A DNA stretch of 61,451 bases, counting the filler. It is 5 parts of 5 records of this genome, joined end to end, with 100 filler letters (N's around TTAATTAATTAA, not from the genome) between each part and the next. Parts side by side here need not be neighbours in the genome. Positions count along the whole stretch, not along the records: positions 5,288 to 23,566 come from SRR20825010_3348; 4 more parts are not named here. One strand, written 5' to 3'. A model generated the notes under the pieces. It did not search any database, was not told the origin of the DNA, and saw only the letters and a program-made list of their open reading frames with translations. How positions within the stretch are numbered: the first letter of the stretch is position 1; every line of letters begins with the position of its first letter. Below, in pieces: positions 8,318 through 17,109 of the stretch. Both the position numbers and the translations under genes were made by a program.

Positions 8318-11300
8318 TTATCTGTTTAAATACAACCAGTCCGTTCTTGGCTCCGAACCATCCCCTAAATCCAATACATAATAATAGGTACCCACGGGCA
8401 ACTGGTCCTCGGGCTGTACCATAGCGCGTCCGTTTGGCGTACCATCCCAATCATTTTTATAGGATTTTGTCTGGAAAACGATGTTTCCCCAACGATTATA
8501 AACCTGAAGCGTATTATTCGGGTAATGGCCTAAGCAATCAATCTTAAAATAATCGTTGACCCCATCTCCGTTAGGGGAAAACTCGTTGTAAACAACAAGA
8601 CAACTTGGATCTACAAACGCCTCTGCTTCATTATTGATCTCATTGGTGTCCCACTGATCTACAAAGACAAGGCTTGCCCTATTCACATAATCATCAATAT
8701 CCATAACCTCAACAGTAAGCAATAGGGTTGCTGTTTCGGTAACCGCAAGGGATTCAATTTCCCAAAATGAAGATTCAGCATCATAATTTCCTACTGTAGT
8801 TTCCGAACTGATGAATTGATAGCCCAAGGGCAATTCTTCCTGTATGCCGATATATGTGGCATCATCCAGACCTTGATTGATCACCGTTATTTCAAAAACA
8901 ACCTCATCCCCTATATTGGGCATTACATTGTTTACGCTTTTTGTAATGGCAATATCCGTGGTTTGAGGCACTACAAAAGCTGATGCCTCGTCATCGTCCG
9001 CAATACTGTCGGCAAAATCATCTTCCCCGATTCCGGTTGATGGGTAGCTATCAGGGTCAGGATATAAACTTGAAGAAACAAAAGCCTCGTTCAAATATTC
9101 GTCTTCTGCACTTGTTGGCGCATTTACAACGGCCAAAATCTCTAAACTTTCAGTTTCCAGATTCAGAATGGTCCTGTTTATGCGCCAAATTCCGGTAGCC
9201 TGATTGTATATTCCAGCAGTGGAGGTGTGTGACTGGTATGTGTAACCCATTGGAAGCATATCGGTTACTTCTACATTTCTGGCATCGGACGGGCCATTAT
9301 TGGTAACGCTCAGCACAAAGCGAACCACATCACCAACGTTGGGGTTTGTGTTGTCCACGGTTTTGGAAAGCGACAAATCGCTCAAGCCTTCTGGAATAGG
9401 TGTCACTGTTGATTGATCGTCTTCGGAGCCTAAGTTATTGTTGGGTGTGGAATCAGGGTCAAAAGTATCCAAAGCAATCAGTTCGGCCCTATTCCGATAT
9501 TCACCACTAGCAAGTACAATTGCCCGTATCTCCAATGTTTCGATCGAGGCGTTTGTTAAAGATGGTAAATCCCATGTACCAGCAATTTCATCATAATTTC
9601 CGGCCGATGTGGTTGCCGAAACAAATTGGTAACCGTTCCTCAACTCATCTTCAATGATCAATCCAAAAGCATCGTTCGGCCCATCATTGTTCACCTCAAC
9701 AGTAAAAATGATTTCCTCCCCAACTTCTGGGTTCATATCGCTTACAGTTTTGAAAACGGAAATATCGGCAACATGTCTTGGCACGACCGTTTGTTCATCC
9801 TGATCATCTTCTGAAAGTGCATTGTTGCCAGGCGTTGAATCTATATCGAAAAAAATGGCATTGATCAACTCGGTACTCGCTGTATAATCACCCGAAGGAT
9901 TTACTTCGGCAATTATTTGAAGCTCTATCTGTGACTCCAAAGCCAGATTGCCCACGCTCCAAATTCCGTTTGATGGATTAAACAGTCCCCCTGAATTATC
10001 GGAAACATAGGTAAATCCATCCGGTAACGTGTTTTCCACAACAATTCCGATGGCATCACTTGGCCCTTCATTGGTCAGTGTGATGGTAAAAATAACCTCT
10101 GAACCTACGTCCGGAGTTGCGTTGTCCACACTCACATTCAAGTTTAAATCAGCAGAAGGAACGGGAGTGGTCCCGGCATTGTCTTGATCATTCTCAAAAA
10201 TGCTGTTATTGTTGGGTATGGAATTGGGATCGTACTGATCGGAAGAAAAAACCTCCGTAACGTTGAAGTAATCCCCTGTGTTGTTCACCGTGGCCACAAT
10301 GGTAAGGGTTTCTGTACTTGTATCTTCCAAGGTTCCATTAAGATTCCACATTCCCGAGCTTTCATTGTAGATGCCTGCCGTGGTTCCGTGGGAAACATAG
10401 GTATATCCATCAGGCAGCAAATCCATTACTGCGACCCCTGTGGCTTCACTTGGGCCCAAATTGGTAATGTTGATGGTAAAGATCACATCTTGACCCACAT
10501 ACGGACTCAGAACATTAACAGATTTTTGCAATAGCAAATCGGCCACTGGAATAACTATGGGTTCAATGGTCTGCTGGTCATCTTCCGACTCGTTGTTGTT
10601 GTTTGGGCTGGAATCCACATCCATTTCCGAGACATTGGTCAATTCGGCGGTATTGGAATAATTTCCTGTTGGCAGAACCTCTACGGTAATTTCCAAAGTT
10701 TCAGAAGCTCCGTCGGCCAAATCACCCACAACCCATGAGCCGTTGGTAGAATTATAAGTTCCAATGGAAGGGTTGGAACTCACCAATTGATAACCAGTGG
10801 ACAAAACATCCGTGACCACAATATTGGTGGCATCACTTGGACCATCATTCTGAACCGTGACCATAAAAAGTATCTCCTCTCCCACTTCCGGGATGACTTG
10901 GTCTACCGTTTTGGCAACGGATATATCCACCAATGGTACCGGTATCACCGATACACCATCTTGATCGTCTTCACCAGGGACATTGTTGTTCGGAGTTGAA
11001 TCCATATCCGTTTGATCATGAGCTATAATTTCTGCCATGTTATCATAATCTCCAGAAGCGTTTACGTTGCAAAGGATACTTAAACTGGTTGAGTCACCGC
11101 TTGCAACCGAACCCACATTCCAAACACCAGTAACTTCATCGTAAGCACCTCCACCATCGTCAGAAACATAGGTATATCCAGAGGGCAATAGATCCAATAC
11201 CTCTACAGAAGTTGCTCCACTGGGACCGTCGTTGGCCACCGTTAGGGTAAACCTTACATTGTCGCTTACCAAAGGCGGTGATTTATCAATAGTTTTGGTC

Positions 11301-12463
11301 AATGAGAGGTCAATTACCGGCTCTGGCGTCAGAATAATTTCATCTTGATCGTCCTCGGCCGGAATATTGTTGTTGGGTGTTGAATCAATATCAAAAGCAT
11401 CCGAAGCGATTATTTGTGCTGTATTTGTATAATTTCCCGAGGCATTTATATCAACTACAACGGTAAGTGTTTCCGTAGTTGCATTGCCCACAGTTCCTAT
11501 TTCCCAAATTCCCGTGATGGGATCATAGGTCCCCGATGTCGACGAATAAGAATCAAAACTGAACCCTGACATCAATTGGTCTTGAACCTGGACATTGGTG
11601 GCATCATGAGGTCCGTTGTTGGTTACGGATATCTCAAAACTGGTTTGTGAGTCCACATAAGGGGACATGTTCCCTCCTACTACGGATTTACTAAGAGATA
11701 GATCAGCTTGAACCGGAGCGGCATCAATGTTATCCTCATCATCTTCGCTCTGGTCACCATCGTCATTGTTCGCAGTACTATCCTCATCAATTTGATCGGC
11801 ATAGATCACTTCAGCCACATGAGTGTACTCTCCATTGGACCCTGTAGGGGTAAGTACCGTGGCATTAAAGCTTAAAGAAACTGTATTGCTCCCTACTGGC
11901 ACATCAAATCCAAACCATGTGATTTTCTGTGAACCATCTACAGAACCGGCATTATCGATTGCGGCAATATTGGAATATCCAGAGGGCACAAAATATTCTA
12001 CCACAACATTTGTTGCATCGATATCTCCAAAATTGCTCATGTTTACAGTGAAAGTTACCACTTCGCCAATATCAGGTTCGGTATTGCTTGCCACAATTTC
12101 CATTTCCAGATCTATACCCTGTACTGTAATACCGATCAAGTCTGATGCTTCATCACAACTAGAACCGGAAACGGTCCATTCAAAAATGTAATCTCCCGGC
12201 ACCAAATCCAATAATTGGGTTTGGGGGTCATTTACATCAGCAATGATTACCGAAGATGGGCCAGATAAACGGCTCCAAGTTCCCAAACCGTCAACTGGTG
12301 CGGCATTGGCATCCATCAAAACGGCATTGACCTGTGAAACGACCTGATTGGGTCCTGCGATAACAACACAATCCTGTGCATATCCCACTTGAACCGAAGC
12401 TATACCAAGAAGGGTCAACACTAAAAAACACCTAAAAATTAGGGAGGATTGGGGTTTGTTCAT
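8318..12463 (-). CDS. Large T9SS-secreted adhesin-like protein with nine DUF11 repeats and a gliding-motility (type B) C-terminal domain
   Basis: Nine repeats of DLSxxKTV...GxxVxFTxTVxNxGPSxAT, and a C-terminal FSPNGDGVND...YNRWG...GTYYY. Signal peptide from ATG 12463. Promoter -7 TAAGTTTG at 12512-12505. Confidence 0.9.
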   Translation of the reverse strand: MNKPQSSLIFRCFLVLTLLGIASVQVGYAQDCVVIAGPNQVVSQVNAVLMDANAAPVDGLGTWSRLSGPSSVIIADVNDPQTQLLDLVPGDYIFEWTVSGSSCDEASDLIGITVQGIDLEMEIVASNTEPDIGEVVTFTVNMSNFGDIDATNVVVEYFVPSGYSNIAAIDNAGSVDGSQKITWFGFDVPVGSNTVSLSFNATVLTPTGSNGEYTHVAEVIYADQIDEDSTANNDDGDQSEDDEDNIDAAPVQADLSLSKSVVGGNMSPYVDSQTSFEISVTNNGPHDATNVQVQDQLMSGFSFDSYSSTSGTYDPITGIWEIGTVGNATTETLTVVVDINASGNYTNTAQIIASDAFDIDSTPNNNIPAEDDQDEIILTPEPVIDLSLTKTIDKSPPLVSDNVRFTLTVANDGPSGATSVEVLDLLPSGYTYVSDDGGGAYDEVTGVWNVGSVASGDSTSLSILCNVNASGDYDNMAEIIAHDQTDMDSTPNNNVPGEDDQDGVSVIPVPLVDISVAKTVDQVIPEVGEEILFMVTVQNDGPSDATNIVVTDVLSTGYQLVSSNPSIGTYNSTNGSWVVGDLADGASETLEITVEVLPTGNYSNTAELTNVSEMDVDSSPNNNNESEDDQQTIEPIVIPVADLLLQKSVNVLSPYVGQDVIFTINITNLGPSEATGVAVMDLLPDGYTYVSHGTTAGIYNESSGMWNLNGTLEDTSTETLTIVATVNNTGDYFNVTEVFSSDQYDPNSIPNNNSIFENDQDNAGTTPVPSADLNLNVSVDNATPDVGSEVIFTITLTNEGPSDAIGIVVENTLPDGFTYVSDNSGGLFNPSNGIWSVGNLALESQIELQIIAEVNPSGDYTASTELINAIFFDIDSTPGNNALSEDDQDEQTVVPRHVADISVFKTVSDMNPEVGEEIIFTVEVNNDGPNDAFGLIIEDELRNGYQFVSATTSAGNYDEIAGTWDLPSLTNASIETLEIRAIVLASGEYRNRAELIALDTFDPDSTPNNNLGSEDDQSTVTPIPEGLSDLSLSKTVDNTNPNVGDVVRFVLSVTNNGPSDARNVEVTDMLPMGYTYQSHTSTAGIYNQATGIWRINRTILNLETESLEILAVVNAPTSAEDEYLNEAFVSSSLYPDPDSYPSTGIGEDDFADSIADDDEASAFVVPQTTDIAITKSVNNVMPNIGDEVVFEITVINQGLDDATYIGIQEELPLGYQFISSETTVGNYDAESSFWEIESLAVTETATLLLTVEVMDIDDYVNRASLVFVDQWDTNEINNEAEAFVDPSCLVVYNEFSPNGDGVNDYFKIDCLGHYPNNTLQVYNRWGNIVFQTKSYKNDWDGTPNGRAMVQPEDQLPVGTYYYVLDLGDGSEPRTDWLYLNR

Positions 12464-12742
12464 AGTTTGGATGATGAGGTGTTCCTTACGTAGTAAGGCA
12501 TACCCAAACTTATCAAGAACAGGGTAGATTGGAGAAGTTATGTTGTATGGCAAGATGGTTTTGTTGTGAAATGGCACTTTAATGATGGAAAAAATATCCT
12601 ACTTTAATTATAAATCCAAAAAGAAATACACCTCTTCAATTGCCAATTTTATTGAATCTCTATATATACTTTCACAATTGACAAAATTAACATTCACTAT
12701 TAAGGAAATGCTAAAAAAATATGGACATTAAGGAAATTACCC

Positions 12743-12771
12743 TTGCATAACAATGTTTTTTAATAGATTTG
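12743..12771 (+). promoter_or_regulatory. Bacteroidetes sigma70 promoter giving a near-leaderless mRNA
   Basis: TTG (12743-45), 18 nt, TAGATTTG (12764-71). The ATG lies 7 nt downstream. Confidence 0.65.
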
Positions 12772-12778
12772 TTCTTGA

Positions 12779-13087
12779 ATGAAAAACAGTCGTTTTTTAA
12801 ATAGCATCACCTTTGCGTTTCTTGCCCTGTTTTTGGCAACGAAGCTTGTTGGGCTCCATGTGCTTACCCACCACGACGACACGGAAGGGTATTTAGATCA
12901 TTGTGCCATTTGTCACAATATCGCCTCCGATACTCATACGCCTGGTATTTTAACCGATTCTCATGAACCTATTTCCGAGCAAATTGAAATAGCTGTTCAA
13001 CAGAACATTGATTCCAAGTACGATTTTCAGGTTTCTGGCACCTTGACAACAAGCCAGCTCTTCTCGAGGCCTCCGCCAACAATCTAA
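12779..13087 (+). CDS. DUF2946/CruR-like leader protein (signal-like N-terminus, His/CxxC, C-terminal RPPP)
   Basis: Hydrophobic N-terminus, HVLTHH..DHCAICH, and a C-terminal LFSRPPPTI. It sits upstream of a TonB-dependent receptor. Confidence 0.75.
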   Translation: MKNSRFLNSITFAFLALFLATKLVGLHVLTHHDDTEGYLDHCAICHNIASDTHTPGILTDSHEPISEQIEIAVQQNIDSKYDFQVSGTLTTSQLFSRPPPTI

Positions 13088-13304
13088 AAACCCATTCATT
13101 TTTTCAACAAAAAGTCTTGGTCTTTTTTAAGGACTAAAGAAATTTGACTGTATTCAATATGTACAAAAGCATGCTGTAATCGCATAGCTTTATCAACTGT
13201 CCATTGATGGATTCATTCAAACTTTTCTGAAATAATGCAATGGGGGAATAGTCTAGAAGCTTCCTCTCTGGAGGCAATTTGAGAATCCCATAGTATTCCC
13301 TAAA

Positions 13305-15677
13305 ATGATTAAACATATGCTATTCGCATGGCTGTTCATCGGTCTGTGCGTTTCGGCATCCGCTCAAGAATACCACACTTTAAAAGGTATTGTAGTGGAT
13401 GCAAATACTTCGGCACCCATAGCTGGAGTAAACATAATCGGAAAAGATTTATATGCAATTTCTGCGGACAATGGCGAGTTCGTCATAAAAAACGTTCCCG
13501 CTGGAAAACACCGCTTTGAAATTACCCATATCGGGTACGGCCATGAACATTTTACCGTGGAAATAGGTCAAAACGATGTCAAAGGACTGACCATCCGATT
13601 AAAGGAATCCATCACAAATTTGGATGGCGTGGAACTTCTTGGAAAAACGGAAAAACGAAAAACTCAAGAACTCTCCACCATAACTGTTGGGGTGGATGAA
13701 GAATTCCTGAACAAGAATCGGGAAAACAGCTTAATGCAGACCCTAAAAAAGATTCCCGGGGTGAGCACTATAACCATTGGTTCTGGACAATCAAAACCTG
13801 TAATCCGTGGTTTGGGCTTCAACCGGGTCAGTGTGGTCCAGAACGGTATTAAGCACGAAGCGCAACAATGGGGCAATGATCATGGCCTTGAGATTGACCA
13901 ATACGGAATAGAAAGTATACAAATTGTAAAAGGCCCTGCTTCGCTGGTCTACGGTTCGGATGCCATTGCAGGGGTCGTGGACATTCAACCCTCCAAAGTC
14001 CCATTGCCGAATTCGTTCAGTGGAGAAGTTAATATATTGGGAGAGACCAACAACGACCTGATCGGCATATCTACCGGTGTACAGGGACGAAAGCAGCATT
14101 GGTTCTACAGAGGTCGTTTAACCTATAGGGATTATGCCGATTATAAAGTTCCCACGGACAGGATCAACTATGAAAACTACATTTTTGAGCTTCACGAGAA
14201 CAACCTCAGAAATACTGCGGGCGAAGAGATCAATACCAGTTTTAGTATTGGTTACATCTCCGATAAGATAAAATCTGAAACCTTTTTTAGCAATGTCAAT
14301 GCCAAGAACGGTTTTTTTGCCAACGCCCATGGTCTTGAAGTTCGCTCCTCCAACATTGATTATGACAGTTCTAACCGTGATGTAGACCTTCCTTATCATC
14401 GTGTGAACCATTTTAAGGTAACCAACAACACCACCCTGTATTTGGACCAACATATTTTGGAGCTTGATTTCGGCTATCAAAACAACCAACGGGATGAAAA
14501 TTCGGAACCCGTACCACATGGATACATGCCAACTCCCTCCAATAGCAGAGAACGGATATTCACTAAAAATACATACTCCCTAAACCTTAAAGATACCTTT
14601 AGCCCCAATGACAAGCACAATGTAGTTCTTGGAATAAACACCGAATTACAGAACAACAATATTGGTGGTTGGGGTTTCTTGATCCCAGCATACAACAGAT
14701 ACTCCGCAGGAGTTTTTGTTTACGATCATTTTAAGATAAATGAGAATTTCCACCTTCAAGGTGGGCTACGTTATGATGCAGGCCTGATGGAGACCAAGGC
14801 TCATTTTGATTGGTTCCAAACACCAATCAACAACCCCGATGGCTCAACCTCTTATATGTATTTGCAACGCTCACAAGGCAAGAGCCTTGAATTTGGTAAC
14901 CTGAGCGGTTCCTTTGGATTGAGTTACATCCATCAAAATACCACATTTAAAATAAACCTTGGCAAGAGTTTTAGAATGCCCTTGGCCAACGAACTGGCCT
15001 CTGATGGGGTAAACTACCATATGTACCGATACGAGAGGGGAAATATGAACCTTGATCCTGAGCAATCCTATCAGTTAGATATCGATATTGATCATTCCAC
15101 TTCAAAATTCAACATTGGGATAAGTCCATTCGTGAATTTCTTTGAGAATTTCATTTACCTGAACCCAACCCCTAATTATTATGAAACCTTGCAAATTTAC
15201 GAGTACACCCAAAGCAAGGTTTTCCGATTTGGCGGTGAAGCTCGTGCCGGGGTCAATGTAACTCCGATGCTGCGGTTGAATGCGTCTGCCGAGTATGTGT
15301 ATTCCAGACAGACCAGCGGACCCAAAAAAGATTTTACCATTCCGTTTTCGCCTCCGCTCTCGGGATTGTTCTCGGCCAGCTATCAATTCAAGGATATCGC
15401 ATTTATGCAATCGCCTCAGCTTACGGCTGATTTTAGGGTAACAGCCGCCCAAAATGATATTGTGCCTCCAGAAGAGGTTACCGATGGGTACCAAGCGCTC
15501 AATCTCTCGGCCAACACAAAAATCCAACTCTTTGGCAAGGGGAAACCAGCTCAATTACGCATCAAATTAAACAATGTATTCAATACCGAATACTACGATC
15601 ATACCAGTTTTTATAGGCTCATCGATGTTCCAGAACCTGGCAGGAACCTTTCGCTTTCGATGACCGTACCATTTTAA
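13305..15677 (+). CDS. TonB-dependent receptor (probable metal uptake)
   Basis: Signal peptide, carboxypeptidase-regulatory-like domain, plug motif KPVIRGLGFNR...QQWGNDHG...KGPASLVYGSDAIAGV, and a C-terminal Phe. Confidence 0.92.
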   Translation: MIKHMLFAWLFIGLCVSASAQEYHTLKGIVVDANTSAPIAGVNIIGKDLYAISADNGEFVIKNVPAGKHRFEITHIGYGHEHFTVEIGQNDVKGLTIRLKESITNLDGVELLGKTEKRKTQELSTITVGVDEEFLNKNRENSLMQTLKKIPGVSTITIGSGQSKPVIRGLGFNRVSVVQNGIKHEAQQWGNDHGLEIDQYGIESIQIVKGPASLVYGSDAIAGVVDIQPSKVPLPNSFSGEVNILGETNNDLIGISTGVQGRKQHWFYRGRLTYRDYADYKVPTDRINYENYIFELHENNLRNTAGEEINTSFSIGYISDKIKSETFFSNVNAKNGFFANAHGLEVRSSNIDYDSSNRDVDLPYHRVNHFKVTNNTTLYLDQHILELDFGYQNNQRDENSEPVPHGYMPTPSNSRERIFTKNTYSLNLKDTFSPNDKHNVVLGINTELQNNNIGGWGFLIPAYNRYSAGVFVYDHFKINENFHLQGGLRYDAGLMETKAHFDWFQTPINNPDGSTSYMYLQRSQGKSLEFGNLSGSFGLSYIHQNTTFKINLGKSFRMPLANELASDGVNYHMYRYERGNMNLDPEQSYQLDIDIDHSTSKFNIGISPFVNFFENFIYLNPTPNYYETLQIYEYTQSKVFRFGGEARAGVNVTPMLRLNASAEYVYSRQTSGPKKDFTIPFSPPLSGLFSASYQFKDIAFMQSPQLTADFRVTAAQNDIVPPEEVTDGYQALNLSANTKIQLFGKGKPAQLRIKLNNVFNTEYYDHTSFYRLIDVPEPGRNLSLSMTVPF

Positions 15678-15716
15678 TTAAATCAAATGAAGTTTAACAC
15701 CAAAAACAGAAACAAC

Positions 15717-16496
15717 ATGAAAACTAATTTTAAATCTTTGGCGATTATCGCATTGGGAGCCTTCGCTTTACATTCTTGTAGCAGTGACGATGATGGGGGC
15801 TCTTCTGTAGCTGCACCCGAAATTTCGAATTTTGAATATGGCGAAGGAAGTTCACACTCAACAGAGCAAGTGGCCTACAAAGGTTCGGATATCCATCTAG
15901 AAGCTGAAATCAATGCTCCCGGAACGGTAAACAGTATCGAATTGAGCATTCACGGACACGACCTTGAAGTAGGAGAAGGTGAAGTGGAATGGGATTTTGA
16001 GCAAACCTATACCGATGCCAGCTATTTGGCGATCAACCCAACATTTCACGAGCATGTGGACATCCCTTCGGATATTCCATCCGGTGAATACCATATTACT
16101 TTGACCGTTACGGATGAATTGGGCAACAGCACCGAGGTCGAAGGCCATGTAGACATTATGGAGGCCATCTCATTAAGTGCATTTTCCATTGATGAGACTG
16201 TGGTTCGCGGTACAGATATGCATGCAGAATTTATGATCAATGCGGTTAACGGAATCCATGAAATTACAGTGGACATTCACGGACATGATTTGCCCGTAGG
16301 TGAAGGAGAAGTGGAATGGGACTTTGAGCAAACATATTCCGAAGGATATCACGAATTGTCCGAAGCAGAGTTCCATGAGCATATCGATGTTCCGGCAACA
16401 GCACCAGCTGGTGAATACCATATTCTTTTTACGATAGAGGATGAAGATGGGAATGCCGTTACATACGAAACACATATTGATGTAACTGCATCATAA
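15717..16496 (+). CDS. His-rich lipoprotein with tandem DUF4625 domains
   Basis: Lipobox LHSC followed by SSDDD. Duplicated IHGHDL..GEVEWDFEQTY..FHEH.D.P..GEYH. Confidence 0.8.
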   Translation: MKTNFKSLAIIALGAFALHSCSSDDDGGSSVAAPEISNFEYGEGSSHSTEQVAYKGSDIHLEAEINAPGTVNSIELSIHGHDLEVGEGEVEWDFEQTYTDASYLAINPTFHEHVDIPSDIPSGEYHITLTVTDELGNSTEVEGHVDIMEAISLSAFSIDETVVRGTDMHAEFMINAVNGIHEITVDIHGHDLPVGEGEVEWDFEQTYSEGYHELSEAEFHEHIDVPATAPAGEYHILFTIEDEDGNAVTYETHIDVTAS

Positions 16497-16547
16497 AACC
16501 AATTGCCGAATGGCATTCAAGCGCCATGCGGCTAATTATTCTAAAAA

Positions 16548-17030
16548 ATGAATATGAAATCGATTATCAAATACTTACAGATTCTTCCTTTGATAATGTT
16601 GCTAGCATCTTGTTCCAGTAGTGACGATAGCGGTGTTGACGAGGAAAAACCATCCATAACAATTAATTACGATGGTGGATTTCCCCAAGCTTGTGAAGTC
16701 CTGGAAAGGGGAAACACCTACACCTTTAAGGCTCGAGTGACAGATAATCTTGCGCTTGCTGCTTACAGTTTGAACATCCATCACAATTTTGACCATCACA
16801 CACATGATGACCAAGGCGCACAATGTGAACTGGAACCTACTAAGGATGCAGTGAACCCCATGATTTATATAGAGAATTTTGATATTGAAGAGGGAACCAC
16901 TTCATATGAAATCAACGTTTCAATTGACATTCCAGAAGATATTGACCCAGGGGATTATCACTGTTCATTCTCTGTAACCGATGTTACCGGTTGGCAAAGT
17001 AGAACCTCCGTAGACATTAAGATACTATAA
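16548..17030 (+). CDS. DUF4625 lipoprotein
   Basis: Lipobox LASC, DEEKPSI, TDNLAL..YSLNIHHNFDHHTH and IDPGDYH..VTDVTGW. Confidence 0.85.
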   Translation: MNMKSIIKYLQILPLIMLLASCSSSDDSGVDEEKPSITINYDGGFPQACEVLERGNTYTFKARVTDNLALAAYSLNIHHNFDHHTHDDQGAQCELEPTKDAVNPMIYIENFDIEEGTTSYEINVSIDIPEDIDPGDYHCSFSVTDVTGWQSRTSVDIKIL

Positions 17031-17053
17031 TCTCTTTTCTAGTTAGTTTGAAG

Positions 17054-17091
17054 AAAAAAGGAGGCTTCGTTAATTCGAACCTCCTTTTTTT
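17054..17091. terminator. Bidirectional intrinsic terminator between convergent genes
   Basis: A6-GGAGG(c)TTCG-loop-CGAACCTCC-T7. Confidence 0.85.
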
Positions 17092-17109
17092 ATTGGTTGT
17101 TATTTGCTT

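Noticed and set aside
8700-12120. Periodic repeats as a CRISPR array or tandem DNA repeat
   Set aside because: They are degenerate protein-level DUF11 repeats of about 390 bp. I saw no CRISPR array, tRNA or rRNA in the window.
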